From Psammoneis japonica (Eukaryota), in the NCBI GenBank assembly GCA_008632985.1, contig QPGO01000193.1, positions 1-64,000 of the forward strand: a stretch of 64,000 nt of DNA, given 5' to 3'. The notes beneath the pieces were generated by a model. That model saw only the letters and a program-made list of their open reading frames with translations, made no database searches and was not told the DNA's origin. The position numbers and the translations under genes were made by a program. Below, one piece after another: positions 12,031 to 24,326 of this stretch; position 1 is the stretch's first letter, and every line of letters begins with the position of its first letter.

Positions 12031-12279
12031 CTCGCTTCTTTTTGGGTCACTTTTTGGATTTTAAAATTTTATTACATAATAACGGTTTGTAGAAGTTCAT
12101 TCAATATTTTAACTGGTCTAAGTTTTCCGTTGTAATGAATTCAACGGAATGGGTCGATTTCATTTACGATAGTAAAAAAATAATCAAATGAACATTTATG
12201 TATTTTAAGTTATGTATACAGAGAATTCATCTATGCGCGAACACAACTTGAAGATGGCACAGCGAACGATAGAATTTCT

Positions 12280-13725
12280 TCAAACGATTGTACCATTGAC
12301 GTCGTTCCCAGCAATGTTTGTTCCGCCATTGATTTGAATGCGAGACACTCCACTGTTGGCGATGTCGTTGTCGTCGAAAGAGTGAGAATCGCCATTATCA
12401 ACAAGAATGCCATACTGACCACTACCGTGGATGAAGTTACCATCAAACAGGCCATCAAGTCCGCCATTTACGTAGATACCACTGCTCCCAGCATTCGTTA
12501 GGTTATTGAACGTGTAATCACCGGACCTTCCCGTAAGCACAACAATGTTATGCTTGCCACTGCCTTCCACCACGTTGCGGTGCACAAGGTTGTCCTTGGT
12601 GGAACCAGAGACGGACGGAGCTCTCAAGTTTCGAATCCCGTGTTCGGTGGAGTTTCGAATATTGTTCAGATTCACAAAATTGTTGCGGACGCGAAAGGGC
12701 ATAGGACACGCTCCCCTGGCGTCTTGCAATTCAAGCAAAAGGCCAATGCGGTTATCGTCCATCACATTCTCAGTCACGTCAACACCGGACGTAGTGATGA
12801 GAGAGACACCAATGTCGTTATCATCCACGACATTTTTATCAACTTTGGTTGATGACGTGGTGCAAAGCGTGAGAATACCCGAGCTAAGGTAATGGGACGG
12901 AACCGCCGACACGTACTTGGTGATCGTGTTGAGTGTGACGGTGGCCTTGGCTTGGCGAGAAACCTGGATCCCGCTGGCAGGGAAGGGAACGTACCCTGTA
13001 CCAGTAATGGTATTCTTCTGGATATGACCCGACATGCCGGCACCATCAACGACAATACCACCTGCAGTAGGTTTCATGATTTTGCAGTTTGAAACCTTGA
13101 TGGACTTGTTGGACCCTGCTTCAAGGGCTCTTGCAAAGACTCCGTAGGAAGGAGTGGGATTTTTGCTGTTGTGCGTTTCAAGGTTCACCATGTTGACCTT
13201 CTTGACGATGCCCTGGCACTCATCACACACGACCCCAGCAGTAATTGGGTTGTCGGAAGTGGTCTCCGCCAAGCTACTACGGCCGTCCAGCGTCAAGAAT
13301 GCGAGCGTGAACTTGCTTCCCGGAAGAGCATTGACAATGTAACGAGTGTCATACGGAGACTTTATGAATGTGCTTCCGGTTCCACGACCCTTGATGATTA
13401 CGTCCTTGCCTTGCGGGATAACCACGGCTTCCGTAAAGGTGCCACGGCACAAATGGAGAGTATCGCCTGGCCCTGCGGCCGCCAATGCAGCGCCAATGGT
13501 AGCAAAGCTGGAATCAGAGCAGTCGCCGACAATGTGAGTGACCGCCAGGTTCCTACGCTGACGCAAACTGGTCATAGCTGCGAGACTCCTGTTGCTGTCG
13601 TGCTTTTCTTGAAGAGAGAAATTCGTCACTAGCATACCAGACTCTACACCTTCAGCGAGGCTACGAGAGGCAGAGATGATGCCAAGCACCAACAGCTTCA
13701 GATGATCGACAAAAGACAACGTCAT
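12280..13725 (-). CDS. Secreted right-handed parallel beta-helix (pectin-lyase-like/NosD-like) protein
   Basis: Signal peptide from MTLSFVDHLKLLVLGII; TIGAALAAAGPGDTLHLCRGTFTEAVVI cap motif; many G-I-x-V...N-x-I (PbH1-type) rungs; intronless. Confidence 0.8.
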   Translation of the reverse strand: MTLSFVDHLKLLVLGIISASRSLAEGVESGMLVTNFSLQEKHDSNRSLAAMTSLRQRRNLAVTHIVGDCSDSSFATIGAALAAAGPGDTLHLCRGTFTEAVVIPQGKDVIIKGRGTGSTFIKSPYDTRYIVNALPGSKFTLAFLTLDGRSSLAETTSDNPITAGVVCDECQGIVKKVNMVNLETHNSKNPTPSYGVFARALEAGSNKSIKVSNCKIMKPTAGGIVVDGAGMSGHIQKNTITGTGYVPFPASGIQVSRQAKATVTLNTITKYVSAVPSHYLSSGILTLCTTSSTKVDKNVVDDNDIGVSLITTSGVDVTENVMDDNRIGLLLELQDARGACPMPFRVRNNFVNLNNIRNSTEHGIRNLRAPSVSGSTKDNLVHRNVVEGSGKHNIVVLTGRSGDYTFNNLTNAGSSGIYVNGGLDGLFDGNFIHGSGQYGILVDNGDSHSFDDNDIANSGVSRIQINGGTNIAGNDVNGTIV

Positions 13726-14823
13726 GGTGTAATTCTTCAAAGGTTTTTGTATTGAGCAGCTACGTCGATTACTTTTGAGGAGAGCAAGTTCTTTCGATGA
13801 CTTTTTTGAGTTTCGAGGGGACACAGCTGTGATACATTTCACGAGTAACATCCGGTCTTCGAACAAAATTTCGTTTGGTATTGTAAGCAGGCTAGGGCTT
13901 CTTTTCAATAAGTAGAAACAATCCCATATAGCCTCTGACATAAGAGATTCGTGGTCAATCTTTGTACGGTACTCAAGGGCTTCTTTTCAATAACTAAACC
14001 GAGTTTGACATGACTCCATCACAGCTCTTGCATAATAGATTCGTGGTCAAACTTTACACCGTACTCCGCTTGTATTTATGGAACTTGTTCCCGGGACGAT
14101 TTCTTATTGTATACTCTAGAACGAATCGAAACCCGTTTATATGCCGCTGTAAACATAAAGGGACGAGTAGCATTTCACCTTTCCGTGGTATTTCTCGTTG
14201 CACGTCCCAGGACACCATCACAACTGTTGCGTCGAGAGGAGATACCAATGGACATTAAGCGTGTCTTATAAAACAGTCACGGAGAATTCATGGATGGGCC
14301 TAGTAGCGCTTTCGAACCGAGGCTCTGACTCGTTCCGCGAAATTATCCCCAGCAAGAACCCAACGTCTGATTAAACATCGCTGAAATGGCGTTGGGCATT
14401 TTTGCTACACAACAGAATCAATTTCTTGATCGTTTCTAGTCGTAGTTTGCAGTCATTGTACATATTATAGCCCCTTTCATCCAGTATGTGTTTTGGTGGG
14501 AGAGAATGAAACGTTGCGTTGCTAAGCACGCATCCTTGGCAGCAACAACATCGTCATCGTCGCATCGACATGCTGCCAAAAAATGAGCGAAAAAAAGTAG
14601 GAGGTTGCACGGATGAATGACGGACGTTACTCGAACAGTTCGAATTTTCAAGTTTAAATCATCATATTCAGTGATAGCAAAGTGAATGAATCTCAAAAAT
14701 CTCCCTCCTACAAAATCTGAAACCGCGTGCGTGTTTATACATCAACGCAATGTCTCAGCTTGTATTGCAACCATGAAAGGCTCCATTATCTCCTCCATTA
14801 GAGCATTGCTTGGAAGATAAAGA

Positions 14824-15711
14824 ATGATCAAGAGTTTCATACGTGTTGTGATTATCATGGTGATGTCAAAACAGTTGTCAGCTCTTTCCACAGGCTTTTC
14901 AGAGGCTGCCATAAAGTCGGCGGCAATGCTCAGCAAAAGTCAAGGCGAAAAGTTGCGCAAGGCCGGCGCCATGGACATTACGCGGCCCGTACACATTACA
15001 GCAGAACGATTAGACGGCAATGCTGAAAAATGCATGACAAGTGACGACAGTAAAATCATTCACTTCCAAAGACACGGACAAGGTTATCACAATTTGCTGG
15101 GCGACGTTTGGAGAGAACACGGTCTCAGCGTCGACATTGACAGTCCGGACCAGAGCATGAATCCATTTGTACGACCCGAGATTGTCGACTCGCCGCTGAC
15201 AGAGGTTGGGAGAAAACAGTGTGCGGACAGGAGAATGGATGCTTCCCTGCTCAATCCCGAGCTTGTGGTTGTGTCGCCTCTTCACCGTGCTATCCAGACT
15301 GCTCAAATTAGTTTTGCAGACCACAAACGTGACAATGTTCCCTGGGTGGCTCATGAAGGATGCCGAGAGGAGATGGGTTTGTTGGTTTGCAACAAGCGTC
15401 GACCTCTTTCGGAAACTGTAAAGGAATTTCCAGAGATTGATTTTTCGCATGTTACATCTGGAGAACACGATAGCTTGTGGCATCCTACCGAGCGAGAGTC
15501 ACCCAAGGCCAAGGCCGAGCGGGTGTACAGTTTTCTTGTAGACTTTGTCCGCTCTAGGCCTGAAAAAGAGATTGCGGTTGTTGGGCATTCCGCGTGGTTG
15601 TTCAACATGTTGAATGCGGTCGTGGACTGTGGCGACGATGAAGAGTTGGCAGGATGGTTCATGACATCCGAAATACGATCCATGAGAGTGTCATTTGCAG
15701 ATCGAGGTTGA
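14824..15711 (+). CDS. Histidine phosphatase / phosphoglycerate mutase-like protein
   Basis: HFQRHGQGYHN (RHG motif), DSPLTEVGRKQ, VSPLHRAIQTA, VVGHSAW; N-terminal targeting-like extension. Confidence 0.9.
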   Translation: MIKSFIRVVIIMVMSKQLSALSTGFSEAAIKSAAMLSKSQGEKLRKAGAMDITRPVHITAERLDGNAEKCMTSDDSKIIHFQRHGQGYHNLLGDVWREHGLSVDIDSPDQSMNPFVRPEIVDSPLTEVGRKQCADRRMDASLLNPELVVVSPLHRAIQTAQISFADHKRDNVPWVAHEGCREEMGLLVCNKRRPLSETVKEFPEIDFSHVTSGEHDSLWHPTERESPKAKAERVYSFLVDFVRSRPEKEIAVVGHSAWLFNMLNAVVDCGDDEELAGWFMTSEIRSMRVSFADRG

Positions 15712-17111
15712 AACCTTTGGCGGTATGGACTGTGGATGGAGAACTGGTGTGATGCATCGATACATTGCTCCCTAGAGTTGACCTGCCTTTGACGAAACTG
15801 AGTACGGTGGCATTGCCCATGACAAGAGACGAAAGTAGGTCCACATACATCCGAGGCAACGGTTGAACTGATTTTTGACGTTGTCACTGAGGCGACAAGT
15901 CACGTGCCAATTGTCACGCGCGGCGCATAATATACGAGTTAATCCTTTGTGGCAGAGATAGCCTTAGCACAATACCAATAGCTGGTTCATCGTACCGCAG
16001 CAACGTCGCAGAGGCTATCCACACCGCGATTCAGGCATACCACGCGCAAATTTCATGTGTCCGTTAATCCGCTTGCGGTTTGCATAGCATCCTGTCTTTA
16101 CCGCATGCATTTGGATGATCCCCAGACTATACGGGACGGGTGCTGTCGACAATACGGCGCTACTTAGGGCCAGAAAGGCTAATCAATTATGAACCGTCAG
16201 TTTTCGCGCTGCTTGCGTTGCAGTAAGGTTAGAAAAGTTAGTTCGTTTCGGCAAAACTTGCCTTTCGAGTAATTCATACCGGTACCACTAAAGTAGGTGA
16301 AAGTGATGGACCGAGAAAGTCAATCAGCAAAGCCGACCTCGAAACGCGCAAATGCCGTCGAAAAAGCCATCAAGAATTTGAAGACTCAGGTCAGCTTACT
16401 TCAAAATATGGACAGACGGTTCAAGCGCAGGGAAGTTCAAAATCACAAGGAAGGAATTGCTTGATGATGTTGACAAAGAACTCAGAAGGGTCGTGTCGGT
16501 TGCTGGTCAAGGTCATAAAGTCGTTCTACTACAGTCGTTGCGGTATGGCGTAGTCCTACGGTCGCTAGTGCACTGACCGTCTGAAGAAGGACGAGGTCTT
16601 TTCGCTCAACTATCCTTCAACCAAGAGCCTCAATTGAAGCAGAGGTCCAGCATCTATGAGTTGAAAGTCAAGTATCACCAGATTTCCGGAAGACGCTGAG
16701 GCCAGCGTAATCGTCGACAACGTGGTATTTAGCAAAAGCGGGTACGCAGCAGCGGAAGTAGCAGACTAGGACAACCTCATACTAGCGAGCCATGGTGGAC
16801 AAGCTGCGAAATCAGTGAGCCTTGGCGAGATACAGTAGTGACGTGCTCAAGCTCGGAGTCGACACCTACCGGTACAGTATGATAACAACCGTGTTTTTCA
16901 GAGAGGCGACAACCGACAACCCGGGAAAAACTTTCACATCGTTCCAACAATCGGAAATATCCCGGATTCCTTCGTGTAACTGCATACTGCGGTTGAAAGG
17001 GTCAACAAGAAGAGGCGGAATCTCTAACACTCACAATCGTTCCTTCACCCCCTCTCTCTCTCTCTCTGAAGCAAAAGGTGGGATCATCTGTTCTGCATGC
17101 CTGCGGTAGTC

Positions 17112-17551
17112 TTACTTTGTACTCGACCAAGTATTAGAAAAATTTGAATCATTCCACTTCTTTGCTTCTTCTTTCTTTTGTCGATCAAGATCTACTTGCT
17201 TTTGTCGGTCGCTCCGAATGACGTTGCTGCGTTGTTGAATATCCTTGACAAACTCGGCCTGTTTTGAATCTCGCTGTCTCCCCGGCAAAACAAATCGTTC
17301 TTGCGCCATGGAGGCAGTCTCCAAATTCTCCTTCCACGATGAAGTCTGCGCCTTTTCTACCATGGCTCGAACCATGGCTTCTTCCTGACTCATGCTCTTT
17401 TTGTGTGTATTGTGGCTTCCGGTACGTTGCTGCCGGGCTGGATGATGGCAAACATGGCCAATCCGGCCAAACCAGAAATCATCATGGACGCCGCGGCAAA
17501 TTTGGGAAAGTTGCGTTTAGAGAGCAACCGTTGAAAACTGAAATTGTTCAT
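17112..17551 (-). CDS. Small single-pass membrane protein of unknown function, apparently frameshifted at the T-run 17398-17402
   Basis: ATG at 17551 gives MNNFSFQRLLSKRNFPKFAAASMMISGLAGLAMFAII (TM). One extra A in the homopolymer would join it to the 93-aa charged ORF 17393-17112. Confidence 0.5.
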
Positions 17552-20500
17552 GATATACACTGTAATGGATGGCTTTCTCTAGGGAAGGGTTGAAAAGTGT
17601 TGCACCGATACGTCACCCTCATTCACCGCCATTCTGTACTTCTAAATGCTCATCGCGTGATGAGTTGGCGCAAAACAGTCACGAGTCGTCGTCACGAATA
17701 GCACCGCTTTGTTCTGAAAATAGATTTCTAGTTTTGTTTTTTTTGAAAATGTCAGCCTCACTCACACACAAACTGTCGGTCATGATGTGTGTGTGTGTGT
17801 GCGTGGCAGTTTTTTTCTTGTGACTGCGAAGAAGCTCGAAAGCGACCAGGTTTGCCGCATGTGCAAATTTCAGTCATTGATTGCATTGTTCCTGCAACAA
17901 TTCACGGTCCGCTGTGACACTGTTCAAAGCATTCTTTCATCTGGCGGATGTTTTGCCGTGGCGCAGGAGGAGTGAGGACAAGAGGGCAGCATCTTCTTTC
18001 TCTCTTGAGTGGCTGAGGAAGGAGGCTGTTGTTGTCAAGAGTTCGCGCAACTTCGTTGCTGCACAGCACCACCCGGTTGATTGTTTTGAAAGTCTTTTTC
18101 AGACTGATGCAACTTCATGAATTGTTGGAGACACACCTGGGAGAAAGATGGTCCATCAAAAACAAGCAGGTGCTTGAGATGTGTTTTCATCCCAGGTGAG
18201 AAATGCGCGTGCAGAGGTGAGACGTTTCGTCTGTCCCTTTTCCATCGCCGTGCTTTTTGTGCAAGCAAATCTGACTGGACTTTCCCCCGATTTTTCGTTT
18301 CTTCTTTCCACAGACATGTTTGTTTTGAAAAGCCAGCCGTTGTTCTCATTGGTTGAAGGGTGCGCACAAGAAAAGCGCTGTCTCGAAAGCGGCATTTTTT
18401 GGAGTGAAGCTGACAGCCATCTGCTCGTTGTTGTTATTCTGGTGCATTTGAGAGACCATTCTGCTGTTTCTTTTGCCGAATCTGACTGCTTTGAAAGAAT
18501 GCATGCATTGTTCATTGTGTGAAGAGCTCACACCAAAAAAGAACGGCGTTCTAACTCTGTTGTTTGCATGAGAAAAATCGGGGGAACTGACTTCGCACGT
18601 GATTTTTTTGCGCGATCGGCCATTTCAAAGATCGACTGATTTGTCGACCTGTGTGGGACACTTGAGTGAATAAAACAATGGGATTGAAATGGCAGCGTCA
18701 AAGTTCAATGTGTGTCCAGTTATTGTGTGATTTGACATGCCTGAGTGGAGTTAAAGATGAAACATTGACAAAATTTCACCGCTCAAAATGACCAGTTCTA
18801 TCTTGGAATAAAATGAAATGGCTGCAACACTGAGACATCGCCAATGGCATTGTTCCACTTTACAACAATGAAACTGTCACACTTGCATCTGAGATTCTTT
18901 ATCCTCACACACCCTCAAAACCGAACACATGACAATTCTCTTGTCGGCAGCAAAAATCTGATGTTGTCGCGCGACCCAAAAGCGTCGTCCATGACGACTC
19001 AAAGTGCAGACGATGCATCATAAGAATCACAGCAACGTGTCATAGAAACATTCTTCATTGTCAGCATCTGGTGTCAAGCAGATGGAGCAGCGCGTTGATG
19101 AGAATCCCACTTCGCAAGCTGAGGAAGAGAGAAAGAGGCATCAAAAATGTCATGAGTCAAAAGGCTGTCCACAAGGCACAACAAAAAACAAAGATCAAAT
19201 TTTCAACCACATCATCGCATTGAGCGTTGTCTCATTGACCTGTCTCGGCATTCTTACCTTCTCAGTCACAACATCCGTTGGTGTAAGAATGGACGAGTTC
19301 ATGGCGACGGCATGGTGCCATTTTCGGTTTGCGCGAATTGTGGTTTGTGGTTCGAGACATGGAAAAATATATTTTTACTGTCATGGAGCTCGTTTTTTAC
19401 TAAGATTTTTGGTGCTAAATGTACGTCTCATGTAGAAACACGTAGAAAACCTCGTGATGTGTCCAAAAGTTTCTCACCCAGGATGAAAACACATCCTTGA
19501 TGCTCCTGGGCATGTTTGAATGCAAGGCGAGCTGAAACATTGTGTCCACAGAAAAAGTTGGAAAAAACACAAACCAAACAGCATGATTGTGCCCTCCATT
19601 CACAATCAATGGGTCAGTTGCTCTCCATTGCTCTTGACTCTGCTGTCCTCCAGTGATTGGTGTGACCAGACCTTGAGCTGGAGCTGGCCAAGGCTGGGGC
19701 AACCCAGATTTGGAGCTCTGGCTGGAGAGCCACAACGGGTGGGTGGCATGGACTGCAAGCAAAGCTCACTCTCAAACTCATCAGCATGGCAGCACAATGT
19801 TGATGAAAGAAAGGAGTGAGCTTGCTTCAACTCATGTGGTGCTCGCGGGCTCATGCACTGCTTCTGCATCAGCCTGGCTGATGCAGAAGCAGATCACGGA
19901 AGACAGCCCCCACTCACGCAGGGGGAGGCACAGACCACTGTCTCTCATTGGTCTCTGATCTGTGATGAATCATCTGCTCACAAAATTGCCCCCGTTGTGA
20001 GATGATGCTTGGTGCTGTCAAGTTGTGTGGTGAGCCATTTGCCAAGTGCTGGCCAGGCCAATGCGCAGCCAAAACACTGGGATTTTTGGCCAAATGGTTC
20101 AACAATCCAACCAGAACAAGCCAGGATTTGACATGGGGCAACAACTTCTTTGGCATCAGCACCCACTTGCAGCAGCACCTGCGTGTGTTTCTGCATGCAT
20201 GCTCTCACAACAATGATGCAACCTTTCTCAGACGGTGTTTGGCTGGGTGGTCCACCCAAGACCATTTTTGCTGTTTCTGCCCATGACACACCTCCATTGC
20301 AGCATGACATGCAATCCTTTTGAGTGAAAAATGACTGTCATTGACACCTTGTGGTTCATGTGCTTGTCATTCTTTTTGGCATTTTTTGCAAACTCAATGC
20401 ATTTTCCAGAGACAGGAGGATTGTCCAGCACAAATTCTGCGCACTTCAGAAATGTCCACCAGTGAACTGCGTGAACCACTTCTGTCTGTGCATGTCAGCT

Positions 20501-21328
20501 GTCAATGATTTTTTCTTCCCTTGCTGGTCAACCAAGTTCTTGACCTCATTTGGTGAAAGTTCTGTCCCCATTGTGGTGCTTGTTGGTGTTCATTTAGACA
20601 AACCACTGGTGCCACCTGACGACATCATCCATCTGCTGTGTGGGTTGGCATTTCTCTGCACAAGATTTGGCATCATAATTCCACTTGAGGGTGACACTCC
20701 TTCCAAATTCCTTCTCATCATGTCATCAAGGCTCCCTGTTTCATGCCTGCAAGTCCTGAACATCCCTTTTTCTGCTGACCAGCTCTGACCAAGATCACTG
20801 CTCTGCACACAGTGGGTTGTTTGCTTTCATTCCCACACCTGCAAGTGTGAAAAAGCAAGGTTTTTCTCCCTGACTTGAGCTGCTTTTGCATCCTCTTCTG
20901 AGCGCAATTGTTCTTTACCGTCATGGTGTGCACACTTTGCATCCATTCCAAAAGAAAGCAATGACCTCCTTCTTGCGCAATTTCGTTTCAATCAGTTGTC
21001 ACTCCTCACAGAGAGCAGTGGAAGTGTGGGTCAGCTCCTGGTGCCAGTGCTGTTGGCTGGGCAAAGGTGTGACAGCACTTAAAATCATTTTTTGATTTTT
21101 TGTGTGCAAGGAGGCAACATGTCCAAAGGATTCATGCAAATTTGCCATGAAAACTTTAGTCCAATGGATCAATGAAGATGCCACACTCAATTGCCTGCTT
21201 GGACATGATCCACAAAACAAAACCAAAATTCCACATTTGTGGTGCTGCTGCGCTTCCACCCTGCAACTCCGGCAACAAGCTAGCCCACACCCCCAGCACA
21301 CTAAAAGTGCGGCAGGAGCAAATGGTGG

Positions 21329-22450
21329 TTAGCCGAGATCGGCATCACCCGAGGGTGACGCCACGCCAAAACAACTTGCGATGGTTCTGGTGCCTCGTGC
21401 AGCCAAACGTTTGGCTTCGCGCATGCTTGATTTAAAGACTGGTTTGAACATGGCCAACCAGTTTCGAATCCGGTGAGCAGAGTGTGACAGGTGTTCTTCT
21501 GCCGAATCAAGGAGGAGCACCTTGTCTCTCGCAAGATGATCGTCTGTGCGAGAATGAATGGCCTTAACCTCTGCTTCTGCGTCTCGTCTTTGAGACGACT
21601 TCCTTGTTTCCGAATCGTGTCCGTGCACAGCATCGTTGTGAGCGTCCCAGAGGTCCCACCACTGCTCCCATGTGAAATTCCCAACAGTTGCAGCCCAATC
21701 CAGCCATTTCTGTTGATCTGAGAGAGTCCGACAAATGCCGCTCGACGAAAGGCAAGAGGTTTGCGTCGCATTCCACTGGACAGAAAAACGGCCATCAAAC
21801 AACTGACGCCAACCTGTTTCCCCTTGGGAATGAATTGCGGGCACGACGCTGTGATGAAATTGTTCCGAGTGCAAAAGCTCGCCTCGAAACCATGCTTCAA
21901 CAGCCGAAATTGTCAAGTCTCGTAAGGAAGGAGACGTGTGAATGTCATCGCACTTCTTGCGCAATCCTTGTAAAAATTTTCTGCGCCAGGCTTCATTGTG
22001 AGGGCAACGGAGAATGTGATCTCTATCTTCCATGGGGTCCTGACAGTGAGTGCAACAGTCCGGACGTGTCGGATTGCATCTGTGTGCAATCTTGTTGGTG
22101 GGCAGAAGATCTTGAACCAGCTTGACGGTGCTGACTTTTCGACGAATGTTTCGTGACATCAATTTTGAATGAACGTCCCAATCAATCGATGCGTGCACTT
22201 CGTCGGACCAACTGTGTTTCTCTTTCATGCACTGAACCAGTGCGGGACTCGACGCCTGACATCTGACAACCGGCTTGCATTTGGAAGAAACAGTGGCTCC
22301 TTGAAGAAGCAGGTTTGCTCGGCAATGAGGCATGCGGGGAGCAGCTTGGACATGATCCACAGTGTGCTCTTCCAAGGTCTGCAGACGATCCTCCATTTGC
22401 ATGTCCAAGGTCTCTTGGCCCAGAAAGATGCTTCTGTCAGCAACTTGGTC
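21329..22450 (-). mobile_element. 3' fragment of a non-LTR (LINE-type) retrotransposon ORF2, post-RNase H / zinc-binding region
   Basis: SIDWDVH...KLVQDLLPT...CCTHCQDPMEDRDHILRCP...Q.ETGWRQLFDGRFSVQW...WDLWDAHNDAVHG matches the C-terminal pattern of LINE ORF2 proteins; 359-aa ORF with zero Tyr. Confidence 0.8.
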
Positions 22451-24326
22451 AATGGTGCTGGCCAGAGCAGGTCAGCCTTCTGCCACAACCTGCTCAAAGG
22501 CGGCACGTGTCTTTGCAAGCAGGAGGGCCTCTTCTTTTTTCCTTTCTTTTCCCCATGACTGGGCCATGAACACTCAGAGGATTCTTGTTTGTCCCAGTCC
22601 CTTGATGGCAAGAGGCTTGGTGCCACACTTTTGGGCAATCTTGTCGAAGTTCAGATGTTTGACAAAGACTCCAATGGATCCAGCAGTGGCAAAAGGTGGC
22701 CATCACCAGGTGATGAGCTTGGCTGGGGATCATGCAGCCCCCACTGGCAGCCACTTGGTTGACGCTCACCATCAAATGAACACCAGATTCCTGAGCCAGA
22801 TGACAAACTTGTGCAGCCACCAATCCACATGTCAACAACCCCCCTCCCATGGTGATTTCACAAGAAGAATGATCTTCAATGGTTTGGGCCATTGCTCATC
22901 TTTTGGTTCAATTTTGGTCAAAGTCATGTTGACTTGTTGCTGTTGTTTGCCACATTTTCTTGGTTTGCACTGACAATTGTCAATGCACCCATTGCTTGAT
23001 TCTTGGTCTCTTTCTCCTCTTTCCTCCAGTGGTTGTTTGCCAATTGTGGCAGTTTCCCACTGCCATTGTTGTGGGGTGCTCAGGGAGGGTTGTGCACTGA
23101 AGGCATGGGCACAATGTTGATGAGTGACAAAGGTGCCAATCTTGGTGAGGTGCGGGGTGTCAAAATTGCCACTCCAATCAGAATCAGATTCAAGGGGGGG
23201 GGGGGGGGGGGGNACCACCTAGACCATTCAATCAAAAGGTCTGGTGTCAGTGCAACCTGATTGAGGGGTTCTCCCTCCTTTCACCTTCTCAAGGGGGGTC
23301 ATTTTTTGCCACTTTTTTTAGCTCGAATTTGGCCGAACAGCTCGTGATTTGCATGATTTGTCCTGAATTTCACCTTGCGTCACCATGGTGAAAACATCAA
23401 GCCATGAGTCTGTGATGGAAATGGCCCATCTGCCAACTCTTGTCCATTTTATGTTTGTTGTGTGTCAAAGGTCACATGTGCCCCAAATGTTTGTAGATGG
23501 ACCACTGCGTTTTGGAGGAATGTCGAGATTGCCATCATCGTCGTGCTTTGATCACGGTGCTTGATGTTCTCATTTTCATGTGCAATTGGGTGCAATGCAA
23601 ATGATTTTTGCATTCAAAAACAGGCACTTTAAAAAATCCCATTTAAATGCCTCAGCAATTCTGGGACAAACGCGGGCGGGGATGACCTCTCTCAAAGAGG
23701 CCAGGCCCAGTGCAGAACACGTGCCCATGCCAAGCTGGGTTTGCCCCCCAAAATGTGTGCAACTCATGCTTGGTGCATGGCGCCTCTTTTTTTTTGTGAC
23801 TGATGGAAAGGCTGAAGACAAAAGATGAAGCAACGGCATGCTTCAGCCCTGTTTGCTCATCTTTTTTGTCTGTTGGGGCAATGCTTCCACACATTCACTG
23901 CAAGTCGGGGCAGCCAAAACACAGAAGTTTGTTGACACACAGCAACAGCAACAACAGCAGCAACAACCTTGATGCTGTCATCGATGCAGCCTGTCGACAT
24001 CAAGATCAACTCATGTTGTGGTGAGAGAAGCGGGTCAAACAGCAAGGATGCACTGGGTTTCCAGGTTGCCCCCAAAACTTTCCGGGGTCTGCTTGCAATG
24101 TCTGATGTCTGCCGTGTGCCGCGCCGCGGTGCCGATGCATGGTCCCACCAAAACCTTGAAATCGGACATCGGCTCTTGGCTCAGACCAAATCAATCCTTC
24201 CATTCCATGGCACGTGTGCATGTTGGAATCTTTTGCATTGCGGCAAGGTCATGATGCGTTGTTGCTGTGACAATTGTGACTTGTTTGTGTGCCCGGAGGA
24301 AAAGTGTTGGTGTGCATCATAGAACG

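Noticed and set aside
16300..16800. Protein-like stretch MDRESQSAKPTSKRANAVEKAIKNLK...
   Set aside because: Short, stop-interrupted and unassignable; too weak to call a pseudogene.
21329..22408. Alternative genetic code or codon bias explaining the absence of Tyr
   Set aside because: TA loss affects all frames and non-coding DNA, and neighbouring genes use Tyr and standard stops normally.
22494..22892. Possible gag-like zinc knuckle (CHCWIHW...C)
   Set aside because: Too degraded, and Cys/His are generated spuriously by TA conversion.
23193..23213. Poly-G run as a G-quadruplex or element end
   Set aside because: Abuts an assembly N, so it is probably a contig-end artefact; sequences on either side may not be truly contiguous.
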